Positions 26,753 to 40,383 of a stretch of 64,000 nt of DNA are shown piece by piece (the first letter of the stretch is position 1; each line of letters begins with the position of its first letter). This DNA comes from Escherichia coli 042 (GTDB taxonomy: Bacteria > Pseudomonadota > Gammaproteobacteria > Enterobacterales > Enterobacteriaceae), in the NCBI RefSeq assembly GCF_000027125.1, contig NC_017626.1; one strand, 5' to 3'. A program made the position numbers and the translations under genes. The notes beneath the pieces were generated by a model that worked only from the letters and a program-made list of their open reading frames with translations, made no database searches and had not been told where the DNA came from.

Positions 26753-27679
26753 ATGTCCGCCCAGAAACCGGGGTTGCATCCGCGCAACCGTCATCACAGC
26801 CGCTACGATCTCGCCACGCTTTGTCAGGTCAATCCTGAACTCAGGCAATTCCTCACGCTTACACCCGCCGGGGAGCAAAGCGTAGACTTTGCCAATCCGC
26901 TGGCGGTGAAGGCGCTCAATAAGGCGTTGCTGGCCCATTTTTACGCCGTAGCGAACTGGGATATCCCCGACGGTTTTCTCTGCCCGCCAGTACCGGGCCG
27001 GGCGGATTATATTCATCACCTTGCCGATTTACTGGCAGAAGCAAGCGGAACAATTCCAGCTAATGCCAGCATTCTGGATATCGGCGTTGGTGCGAACTGT
27101 ATTTACCCGCTGATTGGCGTACATGAATATGGCTGGCGTTTTACTGGTAGTGAAACCAGCAGCCAGGCGTTAAGCAGTGCGCAGGCGATCATCAGTGCTA
27201 ATCCGGGGCTTAGCCGCGCCATTCGTCTGCGTCGGCAAAAAGAGAGTGGGGCGATTTTTAACGGCATCATCCATAAAAACGAGCAATACGACGCGACCTT
27301 GTGTAACCCGCCATTCCACGATTCCGCCGCTGCGGCACGGGCAGGTAGTGAACGTAAACGCCGTAACTTGGGGCTGAACAAAGACGATGTACTGAACTTT
27401 GGTGGTCAGCAACAGGAGTTGTGGTGTGAAGGCGGTGAAGTCGCTTTTATCAAAAAGATGATTGAAGAGAGCAAAGGCTTCGCGAAGCAGGTGATGTGGT
27501 TTACCTCACTGGTATCTCGTGGTGAAAACTTACCGCCATTGTATCGTGCCCTGACGGACGTTGGCGCGGTGAAGGTGGTTAAAAAAGAGATGGCCCAGGG
27601 GCAAAAGCAGAGTCGCTTTATTGCCTGGACCTTTATGAACGACGAGCAGCGCCGCCGTTTTGTCAATCGCCAACGTTAA
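26753..27679 (+). CDS. rlmF: 23S rRNA m6A1618 methyltransferase RlmF
   Basis: 308 aa; NPPF catalytic motif (CNPPFHD). Confidence 0.94.
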   Translation: MSAQKPGLHPRNRHHSRYDLATLCQVNPELRQFLTLTPAGEQSVDFANPLAVKALNKALLAHFYAVANWDIPDGFLCPPVPGRADYIHHLADLLAEASGTIPANASILDIGVGANCIYPLIGVHEYGWRFTGSETSSQALSSAQAIISANPGLSRAIRLRRQKESGAIFNGIIHKNEQYDATLCNPPFHDSAAAARAGSERKRRNLGLNKDDVLNFGGQQQELWCEGGEVAFIKKMIEESKGFAKQVMWFTSLVSRGENLPPLYRALTDVGAVKVVKKEMAQGQKQSRFIAWTFMNDEQRRRFVNRQR

Positions 27680-29901
27680 AGCGTTGGCTCCCCCGGCGGC
27701 AGCGGTTCAGCCGGGGCCGCGCCCGGAGCAGGCAGCACCTGATAAGTCTGCACCGGCGCGCGAACGCCCGCCAGGTCGAAATGTTTTTTCACCTGGCTGT
27801 CGAGGGCAAAGCGGACCGTCCACTGTTTGAGTGGCAGCGTGGTGAACGAAACACGCAGTGTAAATGCGGTATTGCTTAAGCCGACAATCCCGGCAAAGTT
27901 CGGTTCACCGATAATCAACCCGCGAATTTCTTCGTTTTCCATCAATTCAGCTACCGCATCTTTCAGTGCCTGATTGGCTTTATCAGCATCTTCATGGCGA
28001 TCAACATCGTAATTTGCCACCACCGAACCAATGCCGCGGACGAAGTTAGCAAAGGTAGTTATCGAAGACCACGGAATGATGTGATACGCCCCGGTATCCT
28101 GACGCACGCCCACGGAGCGAATCGACATCCGTTCCACAGTACCGGTCAACGGCCCGATAGTCACCAAATCTCCAGTGTTCATGCCGTTTTCAAACTGAAT
28201 AAATACCCCGGTGATAATATCTTTCACCAGCGTTTGCGAACCAAACGAGATAGCCAGACCTAATGCCCCGGCACCTGCCAGCAATGGCGCGATATTGACG
28301 CCGATTTCCGACAACACAATCATGATGGTGATGGTACTGATAATCACCGCCAGCGCGTTACGGAACAGCGTCAGCAGGGTACGCGTACGGGCGCTGGGTA
28401 GTGGGCGGCCATGAATATCCGAAGCCAGCCTGTTTTCGATCAAACTGGCGAGCACCGTCCAGCCAACCGCCGAGAAGAAAAGAATGAGTGCGATACGGAT
28501 CAGGATATCTACGGTTTTCTGCCCCGCACCGTTTTGCAGCCAGTTCCAGAAATCGAACAATCCCCATGCGCTCAACAGCAACATTACCGCCACGCAGACG
28601 GTCAGAATACGCGCCGTTTTCAGCGCCGCCGACAGCCAGCCATTCAACCGTTTTTGCAGCTCCGGATAGTTACGCTGAGTATGTGGCGAGAGAGTGATGG
28701 TTTTCGCCAGCCAGCGGGAAAACATACCGGAAACAAATGCTGCGATACCAATAATCGCCAGGCTGCGCACCGTTGCACCCATCATAAATTTCAGGCTGTT
28801 GCCCGGATCGAACAACGAAAAGAAAAACAGCACGATAAAATAGGCGCTTGCCAGCCAGTGCCACACCAGCGCAAAGGCGCGGATAAACAGGCTGAAAAAG
28901 GCCAGCGAATGCTCCGCGAAGTTGAGCAAATGCTGGGTAATCTCTTTTTTATTACGAAAGATCAGGTACAACGCCCAGACCGTCATGCACAGCATAATGA
29001 TGACGTTCGCCAGCGCACCTATCTGTACATTCACCTGATTAGAGATAATCGGCACGGCCACAATCAGGCCATAGCCAATCAGGCTGCTTAACCAGCTCAG
29101 GCGACGACTCCAGTAACGGGCGCTCTCGTCCTGAATCGTGAACGGGCGCAGCTCCGCCACGTTTGGGCAAAAAATCAGGCGTAGTACAGCTTTGAAAAAT
29201 TCAATCAGGGCAAAGGCGTTGAGAAACAAACTTTGTTGGAAAGCGATGGTGCGACTGCCCGCATTCAGGTTGTCGCTTAAAACCTGACCGACAAATAATG
29301 TCAGTGCCAGTAACAGCAGGTCGATAATAAACGCCCCGATAATCATCGCCGGAAGCTGCAACCAGTTACTGCGCTCACGATTTTTTTGCCGCGCCCACTG
29401 GCCCATTTTGCGATACAGCGGAAGTGCGCACAGGCGAATCAGCCAGTAAAAACCAAACACTAATACCGCTAACATTGAAAAATGGGTCAGCGCATTGCTG
29501 AAGGTTTGTGGATTAAACGGCTTATGCGGGGAGCCGGTGATATTGCGATAAAGTTGCCCGAAGCGGGCGGAAAGGGCTTCACCATAATGGCGGCTGACTT
29601 CGGTGACCTTTTGCAGCACGGTTTGCTCTTCAACCAGCGTCGGCGGCACGATCTTTGGTACCGGTTCCGCAGGGGGCGTAGCGGCGACGGTGCGCAACTG
29701 GTCGATCAATTCTTTACGCGAGGTGTCATTATCCAGCACATCCGCCAGTGCGCCATAGGCCGCTTTTTTTTGTTCGATATCCGGTTCCGGGGCCGGTTCA
29801 GTCGTTGAGTCCGTTGTCGTTGTGGTTGTAACGCCGGGTATGGATACCGCGTGGGCAGGTGCGCCCAGCAGGCAGAAGAGGATGAACAGGATCCACCGCA
29901 T
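27676..29901 (-). CDS. ybiO: Mechanosensitive channel YbiO (MscS family)
   Basis: 741 aa from ATG 29901 with GGAGGA RBS; signal peptide, multi-TM, MscS-like C-terminal domain. Confidence 0.92.
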   Translation of the reverse strand: MRWILFILFCLLGAPAHAVSIPGVTTTTTTDSTTEPAPEPDIEQKKAAYGALADVLDNDTSRKELIDQLRTVAATPPAEPVPKIVPPTLVEEQTVLQKVTEVSRHYGEALSARFGQLYRNITGSPHKPFNPQTFSNALTHFSMLAVLVFGFYWLIRLCALPLYRKMGQWARQKNRERSNWLQLPAMIIGAFIIDLLLLALTLFVGQVLSDNLNAGSRTIAFQQSLFLNAFALIEFFKAVLRLIFCPNVAELRPFTIQDESARYWSRRLSWLSSLIGYGLIVAVPIISNQVNVQIGALANVIIMLCMTVWALYLIFRNKKEITQHLLNFAEHSLAFFSLFIRAFALVWHWLASAYFIVLFFFSLFDPGNSLKFMMGATVRSLAIIGIAAFVSGMFSRWLAKTITLSPHTQRNYPELQKRLNGWLSAALKTARILTVCVAVMLLLSAWGLFDFWNWLQNGAGQKTVDILIRIALILFFSAVGWTVLASLIENRLASDIHGRPLPSARTRTLLTLFRNALAVIISTITIMIVLSEIGVNIAPLLAGAGALGLAISFGSQTLVKDIITGVFIQFENGMNTGDLVTIGPLTGTVERMSIRSVGVRQDTGAYHIIPWSSITTFANFVRGIGSVVANYDVDRHEDADKANQALKDAVAELMENEEIRGLIIGEPNFAGIVGLSNTAFTLRVSFTTLPLKQWTVRFALDSQVKKHFDLAGVRAPVQTYQVLPAPGAAPAEPLPPGEPTL

Positions 29902-30050
29902 GACTCCTCCAGTGAGAAAACAGAGCAAAAAGATAAGTATAGATGCTGGGGGAGGGGCGATTTTAAATGAGAGGAATCTGGTGTGCCTCCCTTTCGGGGG
30001 AAAGGGAGGAAGGGATATTAAGCAGGTTGCTGACAACGTGCGGGCTTTTT

Positions 30051-30151
30051 TGCCGGATGCGGCGTGAACGCCTTATCCGTCCTACAAGTTCATGCAATTT
30101 TAATAAGTTGCCAGATATCCTGTAGGCCTGATAAGCGTAGCGCATCAGGCA
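30051..30151. repeat. BIME / REP pair between ybiO and glnQ
   Basis: tgccggatgcggcgtgaacgccttatccgtcctac and gtaggcctgataagcgtagcgcatcaggca in inverted orientation. Confidence 0.6.
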
Positions 30152-30161
30152 ATGTGTCTTA

Positions 30162-30884
30162 TTAAGAGACGTGCTGCAAAAATTCCTGCAAGCGCTGGCT
30201 CGGCGGGTTCTTGATCAACACCTGCGGATCGCCATCTTCCGCAATCCGGCCTTTGTCGATAAAGATAAGGCGCGAAGCTACTTTCTCGGCAAAACCGATT
30301 TCGTGGGTCACGATCACCATCGTCATCCCTTCTTCAGCCAGATCCTGCATAACCTTCAGCACTTCATGGCGCAGTTCCGGGTCAAGAGCGGAAGTCGGTT
30401 CATCAAACAGCATCATTTTCGGCTTCACCGCCAGCGCGCGGGCGATGGCCACACGCTGCTGTTGACCACCAGAAAGTTCGGAAGGGTAGTGATGTGCACG
30501 TTCTGCCAGACCGACTTTCGCCAGCAGCTCACGTGCCAGTTTTTCCGCCTCTTCTTTGTTCGCGCCACGCACGCGTAGCGGACCAAACATCACGTTTTCC
30601 AGCGCCGTCAGATGCGGGAAGAGGTAAAACTGCTGGAACACCATACCCGCTTCCTGGCGAATCAGGCGCTCGTCAACTTTCGGATCGTTAACCTTCAGGC
30701 CATCGACAATCAGATCGCCGGAGGTGATTTCTTCCAGTTTGTTGATGCAGCGCAGCAGGGTCGATTTACCGGAACCGGACGGCCCGATAATCACCACGAC
30801 TTCGCCCTGAGCAATGTTCAAATCGATATTGTGCAGCACCTGGGTTGGACCAAAATGCTTGGAGACGTTTTTAAATTCAATCAC
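30162..30884 (-). CDS. glnQ: Glutamine ABC transporter ATP-binding protein GlnQ
   Basis: 240 aa; GPSGSGKST Walker A, LSGGQQQR signature. Confidence 0.96.
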
Positions 30885-31540
30885 AGGATTTTCATCCTTC
30901 TTTCCAGACGACGCAGAATAAAGCTCAGCACCAGGGTAATAATCAGATAGAACACCGCCACGGCGCTCCAGATCTCAAGGGCGCGGAAGTTACCGGCAAT
31001 AATTTCTTGCCCCTGACGGGTCAGTTCCGCCACGCCGATCACAATAAACAGCGAGGTGTCTTTAATGCTGATGATCCACTGGTTACCCAGCGGCGGCAGC
31101 ATACGACGCAGTGCCAGCGGTAAAATGACGTAGCGAATGGTTTCCCAACGTGAAAGACCGAGCGCCAGTCCTGCTTCACGAAAACCTTTGTGAATAGACA
31201 GCACCGCACCACGCGTGATTTCCGCAATGTACGCGCCGGAGTTGATCATGATGGTGACCACCGCCGCAGTAAACGGGTCGATGCGTAAGTCGTTAAACGC
31301 CATCGGCAGGGCGAAATAGATAAACATCACCTGGACGACGATAGGTGTGCCGCGGATCACTTCAATAAAGACCAGCGCGACGTGGTTGGCTATCCAACCA
31401 CCGAAGGTGCGTGCAAAACCTGCCAGCAATCCGATCACCAGGCCGCCAGCCAGACCGAGGACCGAGATCCACAGGGTCATTTTGGCACCTTCAATCAGAA
31501 GCGGAATGGCAGGCCAGATGGCACTCCAGTCAAACTGCAT
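30881..31540 (-). CDS. glnP: Glutamine ABC transporter permease GlnP
   Basis: 219 aa; 4 bp overlap with glnQ start. Confidence 0.96.
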
Positions 31541-31590
31541 ATGTTGTTCCTGTTACCGTGGTGTAAATAATCAAATTCAGGGTAATTAAT

Positions 31591-31671
31591 GGCCCCGGAG
31601 CGGGTTTGCGCCCCTCACCCTAATCCTCTCCCCAGAGGGGAGAGGGAACTGCCAGTGCGCCTTACAGGCGT
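31591..31671. repeat. GC-rich palindromic intergenic element between glnP and glnH
   Basis: cctctccccagaggggagagg perfect hairpin inside a GC-rich block; no adjacent T-run on either strand. Confidence 0.3.
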
Positions 31672-31678
31672 AGCGTTA

Positions 31679-32440
<762 letters not shown>

Positions 32441-32479
32441 CTATCCACGGGACGATCCCCTGCGTGACATTCACATATA

Positions 32480-32495
32480 TGAAAAAATCGTGCCA
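32480..32495 (-). promoter_or_regulatory. Sigma-54 (-24/-12) promoter glnHp2
   Basis: Minus strand reads TGGCAC-gattt-TTTCA, about 55 bp upstream of the glnH start. Confidence 0.5.
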
Positions 32496-32536
32496 GTTTT
32501 GCAACTCATTGATTTATCGAGATGCGGTAAAAACGT

Positions 32537-32612
32537 GATGCACGATTTATAGGGCAATACCCTGAAGATGCACCATTCTGGGGCACCAAACTGGTGCGCT
32601 AAAATTGTGCAC
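32537..32612 (-). promoter_or_regulatory. NtrC enhancer sites upstream of glnHp2
   Basis: tgcaccattctggggca and gcaccaaactggtgcg match TGCACC-N5-GGTGCA half-site architecture. Confidence 0.5.
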
Positions 32613-32828
32613 TCAACACAGTGATTATTTAGCGTAAAACCTGATGAAAAAACAATCTTTATGTAACGATTGTGTGATGATGTGGATACAAAAAATTTAC
32701 TTAATCAGCTGGAGATAGCAGATGGATGCACTAAATAAGTGCGTTGAGGCGGGCTGCAAAACAAAACGGCCTCCTGTCAGGAAGCCGCTTTTATCGGGTA
32801 CTAAAGTTCTGCACCATCAGCGATGGAT

Positions 32829-33476
<648 letters not shown>

Positions 33477-33630
33477 TTAGGTATATTGATAAGAACAATT
33501 CTTATTTATTTGCTCGCCAGGAATTTTCGGAATAAATATGCTTTTGCATAATTCGATATATAAAGAATGTGTAGAGGAAAAGTAGCGAGAAATTCTGCAT
33601 GGTTATGCATAACCATGCAGAAGTGTAAAT

Positions 33631-34518
33631 TTAATTAATGTCTAATTCTTTTATTTTGCTCTCTTTGCGTACTGTCAGCGTAGAACCCATTGAAGCGGCG
33701 ATGATAGCGCCGAGCGCCAGCAGCTGTATGGGTGTCAGTGTTTCTCCGAGGAAAATCATCCCGGAAACGGCAGCCAGCGCCGGTTCCATGCTCATCAGCG
33801 TACCAAATGTCCGCGTTGGCAAACGGGTGAGGGCAATCATTTCCAGCGAATAAGGCAGAGCGGTCGAGAGAATAGCGACAGCCAGACCCAATGGAATAAC
33901 CGACCAGTGCCAGAGTGCTTCACCAGCCTGAAGCGCTCCAATTGGCACGAAAATTAACGCTGCAATCAACGAACCAATTGCCACCGTCGCAGGGCCATGT
34001 TCCGCTCCTGCGCGTTGCCCACTTAAAATGTAAATAGCCCAACAAGCCCCGGCCCCCAGTGCCAGCGCACAGCCGGTTAAATCGACATGGGAAACGTCTT
34101 GCCCCAGCGGTAGCAGGAACCACAGACCAAGAACCGCCAGCACAACCCAGACGAAATCTACCGGGCGACGAGAAGAGAACAGCGCCACCGCCAGTGGTCC
34201 GGTGAACTCCAGCGCCACCGCAATACCCAGCGGTACCGTCTGAATAGAAAGATAAAAAAGATAATTCATCCCACCCAGCGAAACGCCGTAAAACAACAGC
34301 GGTAATCGTTGCTCTTTGGCAAAGCGCAGTCGCCATGGCTTAAAGAACGCGATGAGGATAAGCGTTCCTAATGCCAGACGCAGCGCAGTGACACCCGGTG
34401 CACCCACCAGAGGAAAAAGTGACTTAGCTAACGAGGCTCCACCCTGAATAGACGCCATGGCGACGAGCAATATGACTATTGGTAACCAGACCGGCATTTT
34501 ACGTAATGAACCAGGCAT
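33631..34518 (-). CDS. rhtA: Threonine/homoserine exporter RhtA (DMT/EamA family)
   Basis: 295 aa from ATG 34518, 10-TM DMT-type protein. Confidence 0.92.
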   Translation of the reverse strand: MPGSLRKMPVWLPIVILLVAMASIQGGASLAKSLFPLVGAPGVTALRLALGTLILIAFFKPWRLRFAKEQRLPLLFYGVSLGGMNYLFYLSIQTVPLGIAVALEFTGPLAVALFSSRRPVDFVWVVLAVLGLWFLLPLGQDVSHVDLTGCALALGAGACWAIYILSGQRAGAEHGPATVAIGSLIAALIFVPIGALQAGEALWHWSVIPLGLAVAILSTALPYSLEMIALTRLPTRTFGTLMSMEPALAAVSGMIFLGETLTPIQLLALGAIIAASMGSTLTVRKESKIKELDIN

Positions 34519-34870
34519 CCTTTCTCCCACAAATATCTAAACCTAAGTAAAGCGTGGAGTGTACTGGATATACCCAATGCTGGTTGAGCATTTGTTGAAA
34601 AAATTTCCCCCCGTTTTGACTAAAATGCGCCAGGATTGATGGAATCATTAGTCTGATGATTAGGAATAATCTGGATGAATGACAGGGAAAACATGCGTAA
34701 TACTTACGCAGTTCTCTGAAAAAGTGATTTAAATTTAGATGGATAGCGGTGTATGGAAACGTTCTGTTACATGAAATGGCCCGTTAGACATCACAAATCG
34801 CGAAGAGTTTCCCATTAATTTTTGATATATTTAAAACTTAGGACTTATTTGAATCACATTTGAGGTGGTT

Positions 34871-35386
34871 ATGAAAAAAATTGCATGTCTTTCAGCACTG
34901 GCCGCAGTTCTGGCTTTCACCGCAGGTACTTCCGTAGCTGCGACTTCTACCGTAACTGGCGGTTACGCACAGAGCGACGCTCAGGGCCAAATGAACAAAA
35001 TGGGCGGTTTCAACCTGAAATACCGCTATGAAGAAGACAACAGCCCGCTGGGTGTGATCGGTTCTTTCACTTACACCGAGAAAAGCCGTACTGCAAGCTC
35101 TGGTGACTACAACAAAAACCAGTACTACGGCATCACTGCTGGTCCGGCTTACCGCATTAACGACTGGGCAAGCATCTACGGTGTAGTGGGTGTGGGTTAT
35201 GGTAAATTCCAGACCACTGAATACCCGACCTACAAACACGACACCAGCGACTACGGTTTCTCCTACGGTGCTGGTCTGCAGTTCAACCCGATGGAAAACG
35301 TTGCTCTGGACTTCTCTTACGAGCAGAGCCGTATTCGTAGCGTTGACGTAGGCACCTGGATTGCCGGTGTTGGTTACCGCTTCTAA
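34871..35386 (+). CDS. ompX: Outer membrane protein OmpX
   Basis: 171 aa from ATG 34871 with GAGGTGG RBS; signal peptide; C-terminal ...GYRF. Confidence 0.96.
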   Translation: MKKIACLSALAAVLAFTAGTSVAATSTVTGGYAQSDAQGQMNKMGGFNLKYRYEEDNSPLGVIGSFTYTEKSRTASSGDYNKNQYYGITAGPAYRINDWASIYGVVGVGYGKFQTTEYPTYKHDTSDYGFSYGAGLQFNPMENVALDFSYEQSRIRSVDVGTWIAGVGYRF

Positions 35387-35401
35387 TCACTTCGGTGATA
35401 T

Positions 35402-35436
35402 AAAAAATCCGCCTCTCGGGGCGGATTTTTTGTTTT
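35402..35436. terminator. Bidirectional rho-independent terminator shared by ompX and opgE
   Basis: aaaaaatccgcctctcggggcggattttttgtttt: GC stem flanked by an A-run and a T-run. Confidence 0.7.
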
Positions 35437-37018
35437 AAGGTTTCGGGTCGAAAATATCGGTTCCGAGATGGTTGTAATCCACCTTCTGTAACTGGAAGTT
35501 GGTGATGTATATCGGCCCGGCTTTCTTCTCAGATATAAACGGGTATTTGATGTTAATTTCCTTCGCTTTAATTCCCGTCCACTGGGAGAAAAAGCCTAAG
35601 AAGTCATTGGCAGAGCGGCGGGCTTTAATCACCCGATGCGCTTTATCGTCGCTCGAAATGACCATAAAAGGCACCTGGAAATTTTGCTGATATTTATCAT
35701 CATGGGCAAGGTATTGCACGTCTTTGCCGCGCTCTTTAAAGGCCAGACCGTGGTCAGAAAAGTAAACCAGCGAGAAGCTACTGCCGCTGTTGCGTAACTG
35801 ATCGTACAGCTTACGCAATAAATCGTCCGTTTGCGTCATGGTATAGAGATAGCACGACGTTTCTTTCGATTGCACAAAGGTTTCGTATTTGCCTTGTGTC
35901 CGGTCGCAGGCCTGCGGATGTGAGCCCATCAGATGTAAAACAATCAGCTGCGGTTGCGAGTGCTCTTGCGCCAGCACTTGAGCGGTCATATCCAGTAACG
36001 CTTCGTCTTTCGTGTTTTTATCTGCTTCAAAATTACCTTCTTTCAGGAAGTACACTTCATCTGCACGTTTGGCGATGCTGGCGATGGCGGTATCGTATTC
36101 GCCGATTTGACCCTGGTTGGAAAACCACCAGGTCTGGAAGCCCGCGCGATTTGCTAGGGTGACAAAGTTATCCTGAAACTGTGGTTTGCCATCGACTACG
36201 CGATTGAGCGTTAAGCCAAGCGATTTCTGCGTGGAGCCACTGGCGGCAATGTAGTCAGCAAATATCAAACCGTTAACACTGCTGGCAAACGGGGTATTGT
36301 TCCAGTGACCGCCAAAGGCACCGAGGGCATCGCGACGCGCGCTTTCACCGATCACCACCACATAGGTCTGATATTTCGGCTTAACGGCAGTGACCGTCCA
36401 GGTATCTTTCATTCCGGAAAGTTTTGCCATCCGTTCTTGCTCTTCAATCACCTCGTTATTATTGACGATGACATCCTTAGCAAAACGAAATACCGGATAG
36501 CCAGTATCTTTCAGTTTAAATACGCCGCCCCAGGCCAGGTTTTGCACGGGAGCAACAAAAAATGTCGCCACACTGAATACCAGACACAGGCTGTCGAAGG
36601 TATTCCAGCGCGCTTTTTCACTCTCTTTTTTTCGCCGGATTGCTATTACGCCGAGCGCAAAAATAAATAAGCCGACCAGGTAGCTGTACCACGGAAAAAT
36701 CGTCAGGATTTCGGTCGACTCTTCCATATTGGTGGAGTGCAATGCCAGCAATGTATTGAAATTAGGCGCGCCGTAGGCCTGAGCAAAAGGGAAATAACAA
36801 GCCGCCACCAGCGAACTGACACCGACCAGAACTTTTTGTACGCCAGGCAATGTTCGCCATAGCAAAAGCAAAATAGTCGTAAATGCGGCGGTGTAGAGCA
36901 AACTGAAGGGGTAACCTAAGCCGAGGTTAATTAATAGCGACTGTAAAAAGTAGAACGCAGTCCACGGGCTAAATACCCGGCTACGGGTAACAAGCGATTC
37001 TTTGAGGGTTAAATTCAT
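35435..37018 (-). CDS. opgE: Phosphoethanolamine transferase OpgE (YbiP)
   Basis: 527 aa; N-terminal TM domain plus sulfatase-like periplasmic domain. Confidence 0.92.
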   Translation of the reverse strand: MNLTLKESLVTRSRVFSPWTAFYFLQSLLINLGLGYPFSLLYTAAFTTILLLLWRTLPGVQKVLVGVSSLVAACYFPFAQAYGAPNFNTLLALHSTNMEESTEILTIFPWYSYLVGLFIFALGVIAIRRKKESEKARWNTFDSLCLVFSVATFFVAPVQNLAWGGVFKLKDTGYPVFRFAKDVIVNNNEVIEEQERMAKLSGMKDTWTVTAVKPKYQTYVVVIGESARRDALGAFGGHWNNTPFASSVNGLIFADYIAASGSTQKSLGLTLNRVVDGKPQFQDNFVTLANRAGFQTWWFSNQGQIGEYDTAIASIAKRADEVYFLKEGNFEADKNTKDEALLDMTAQVLAQEHSQPQLIVLHLMGSHPQACDRTQGKYETFVQSKETSCYLYTMTQTDDLLRKLYDQLRNSGSSFSLVYFSDHGLAFKERGKDVQYLAHDDKYQQNFQVPFMVISSDDKAHRVIKARRSANDFLGFFSQWTGIKAKEINIKYPFISEKKAGPIYITNFQLQKVDYNHLGTDIFDPKP

Positions 37019-37289
37019 ATGCCACTATCGTAACAAACGCCATGTGCTTACCCTGGCGTCAAGGGTTAATACCTGCAAGAGTGCGTGAAGAGGGGAAAGG
37101 GGTCCGCATCCGCGAGCCGCAATATACGCAGGGCTGCAAGAAGATAGAGCGAGCTGCCGTTCAGGTCAACTACTGACGAACAAATCTTTTGCGAAGGGGA
37201 TTGCAAATCCGACAAAAAGTGGGGTTTTTCAGACCAAAACGCGTCGTGCCTGCATAAAAGCAGGAGTGAAGCGGCGTACCGCGACGCCG

Positions 37290-37418
37290 CTATTTATCGG
37301 AAGGTTTATCTTGCTGCGGTTTGTTGTTGACCATATCGCACAACATAGAGAGCAGCATTAACCGTACTTTAAAGGGAGAATGACTAAACACGCGCATACA
37401 CCTCTTGAACTCATTCAT
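37290..37418 (-). CDS. mntS: Small protein MntS (42 aa; formerly sRNA RybA)
   Basis: Minus strand translates to MNEFKRCMRVFSHSPFKVRLMLLSMLCDMVNNKPQQDKPSDK; too short for the ORF track. Confidence 0.8.
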   Translation of the reverse strand: MNEFKRCMRVFSHSPFKVRLMLLSMLCDMVNNKPQQDKPSDK

Positions 37419-37476
37419 AAGACCTCCTGACTTGCTAATCCCGTCGATCCTTGAGGGATGATTGCATTACATACAG

Positions 37477-37494
37477 ATATAGCACAGGCTATAT
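37477..37494. promoter_or_regulatory. Candidate MntR operator upstream of mntS
   Basis: atatagcacaggctatat, ATAGC-N4-GCTAT palindrome about 60 bp upstream of the mntS start. Confidence 0.5.
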
Positions 37495-37603
37495 TATATA
37501 GCTATTGCTAAAACGTTAATTTTTTGTACCTTTGCAACTCTGGTTTACAATGTGCGCACGAAATGAGAACGCTATGTATGCGTCACCATAATGAGGAAGC
37601 ACA

Positions 37604-38071
37604 ATGAGTCGTCGCGCAGGTACGCCAACAGCAAAAAAAGTGACGCAGTTAGTGAACGTGGAAGAGCACGTTGAAGGGTTCCGCCAGGTCAGAGAGGCGC
37701 ATCGGCGCGAGCTTATTGATGATTACGTTGAGCTAATTTCTGACTTGATCAGGGAAGTGGGGGAAGCTCGTCAGGTGGACATGGCTGCTCGTCTGGGGGT
37801 TTCGCAACCGACGGTGGCGAAAATGCTTAAGCGGCTGGCAACCATGGGGCTGATTGAAATGATCCCCTGGCGTGGCGTGTTTTTAACGGCAGAAGGAGAG
37901 AAACTGGCGCAGGAAAGCCGCGAGCGACATCAGATAGTCGAAAATTTCTTGTTGGTGTTGGGCGTCAGTCCGGAAATCGCCCGTCGCGACGCGGAAGGCA
38001 TGGAGCACCATGTTAGTGAAGAGACGCTGGATGCCTTTCGTTTGTTTACCCAGAAACACGGTGCCAAATGA
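37604..38071 (+). CDS. mntR: Manganese-responsive regulator MntR (DtxR family)
   Basis: 155 aa; DtxR-type HTH. Confidence 0.95.
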
Positions 38072-39186
38072 GCCTGCCTTTTTTACGCACGCTGCAAGGC
38101 GATCGTTTTTTTCAGTTATTAATTCTTGTTGGCATCGGATTAAGTTTTTTCGTTCCCTTTGCACCGAAATCCTGGCCTGCTGCTATCGACTGGCACACCA
38201 TCATCACCTTAAGCGGCCTGATGCTGCTGACCAAAGGTGTGGAGCTAAGCGGTTATTTTGATGTGCTGGGGCGCAAAATGGTGCGCCGCTTTGCTACGGA
38301 GCGTCGGCTGGCGATGTTTATGGTGCTGGCGGCGGCGCTGCTTTCTACCTTTCTGACCAACGATGTCGCGCTGTTTATAGTTGTTCCGCTGACTATCACG
38401 CTAAAAAGACTGTGTGAGATCCCGGTTAATCGGCTGATTATTTTTGAGGCGCTGGCAGTCAACGCTGGTTCGCTACTGACGCCAATTGGCAACCCGCAAA
38501 ATATTCTTATCTGGGGACGTTCTGGTCTTTCGTTTGCCGGATTTATTGCCCAAATGGCACCGCTGGCTGGCGCAATGATGCTGACGTTCCTGCTCCTGTG
38601 CTGGTGTTGTTTCCCTGGAAAGGCGCTGCAATACCATACGGGGGTGCAAACGCCGGAGTGGAAACCGCGGCTGGTGTGGAGTTGTCTGGGGCTGTATATC
38701 GTCTTTCTGATGGCGCTGGAGTTAAAACAAGAGCTGTGGGGACTGGTGATTGTGGCGGTGGGCTTTACGCTGCTGGCACGTCGCGTGGTGCTCAGTGTGG
38801 ACTGGACGCTGCTGCTGGTGTTTATGGCGATGTTTATCGACGTCCATTTACTAACCCAACTGCCAGCTTTGCAGGGGGTGTTAAGTAACGTGAGTCATTT
38901 ATCCGAACCCGGATTATGGTTAACGGCGATTGGTTTATCACAGGTGATCAGTAACGTGCCGAGTACCATATTGTTGCTGAACTATGTGCCGCCGTCGTTG
39001 CTGCTGGCATGGGCGGTAAACGTGGGGGGCTTTGGTTTATTACCCGGATCGCTGGCAAATTTGATTGCGTTACGGATGGCGAACGATCGCCGTATCTGGT
39101 GGCGTTTCCATCTCTATTCAATACCGATGCTGTTGTGGGCGGCGCTGGTGGGATACGTTTTATTCGTTATGCTCCCGGCCTGGTAA
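38068..39186 (+). CDS. ybiR: Inner membrane transporter YbiR
   Basis: 372 aa polytopic membrane protein; start overlaps the mntR stop (ATGA). Confidence 0.92.
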
Positions 39187-39244
39187 GGTCTGGCCAAATA
39201 AAAAAGGCGGATGATGAGTCCGCCTCTGTTTTACGTTTTCACGA

Positions 39245-40165
39245 TTAATTCAGACGAACCGGCATCCCGGAACGATTTTTGATCGCTTCATCCAGAACAA
39301 CCTGGTCAACATCAGGCTGACCGGTCACTGTCTGCACACTCTTCGTCAGGGTAATTGGCACAATTTCCTGACCTTCAAACTGGGCTTCGGTGGTAGACAG
39401 CGGGTTATGGACTTCAATATAACGGCTGCCGTCTGGCTCGGTGGTCGCTTTTACCGGCTCATCAATAAACTGTACGCGGGTACCGACCGGCACTTTCTCG
39501 AACAGGAATTTGATGTCTTCGTTACGCAGACGCACACAACCATGACTTACGCGCAGGCCGATACCGAAGTTGGCGTTGGTGCCATGGATTGCGTACAGGC
39601 GACCGATGTAGAGTGCATACAGACCCATCGGGTTATCCGGACCTGCCGGAACGACAGCCGGAAGCGGTTCGCCCGCAGCGCGGTACTCTGCGTGCATTTT
39701 AGCGGTTGGCGTCCAGGTCGGGCCTGCTTTCTTACGCTCAACTTTGGTGGTCCAGTTGATAGGCGTGTCTTTGCCTAACTGACCAATGCCGATCGGCAGC
39801 ACGATAACGGTGTTGGTCCCTTTCGGATAGTAATACAGACGCATCTCTGCACTGTTAATGACGATGCCTTCATGAACGGTATCCGGCAGGATCAGCTGCT
39901 GCGGAATGTTCAGTACAGTACCGCCTTTCGGCAGGAAGGTATCCACACCCGGGTTCGCTTCCATCATATTGGAAAGCCCCATCTGGTACTCGGCGGCAAA
40001 ATACTCCAGCGGCTGAGTGTTACCTTCAGGAATGGTGATCACCTGATTCTGACCAACCAGGCGACTCCCGTCGGTTGGCAGAGGATAAGTTACCGCAGAG
40101 GCGGTACTGCAAAAGCCGACAACAGCGAAGGCCGCTGCGAATAATGTTTTCAATTTCATATTCAT
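39245..40165 (-). CDS. ldtB: L,D-transpeptidase LdtB (YbiS)
   Basis: 306 aa; signal peptide; YkuD catalytic region with Cys in ...RVSHGCVRL... Confidence 0.94.
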
Positions 40166-40383
40166 GTTAAGCGAGATTTTGTGCCTGGCAGGCCATTGGG
40201 TTGAGAATATTAGAGTATTGGAAGCGCATTATAAGTTCATTCCAGCTCACAGTGAAATCAGATGTGTACGAAATCACATTTTTTGCCTTTGGCTTGAGTG
40301 TAGACCTTAAGCGAGGAGCAGGATCTTCTTTCAGACTTATGGCATAATGCGCGGTTTGTCATATCTCTTTTCAGGATACGCCT

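Noticed and set aside
28411-29091. 226-aa plus-strand ORF inside ybiO.
   Set aside because: Antisense to the mechanosensitive channel gene; shadow ORF.
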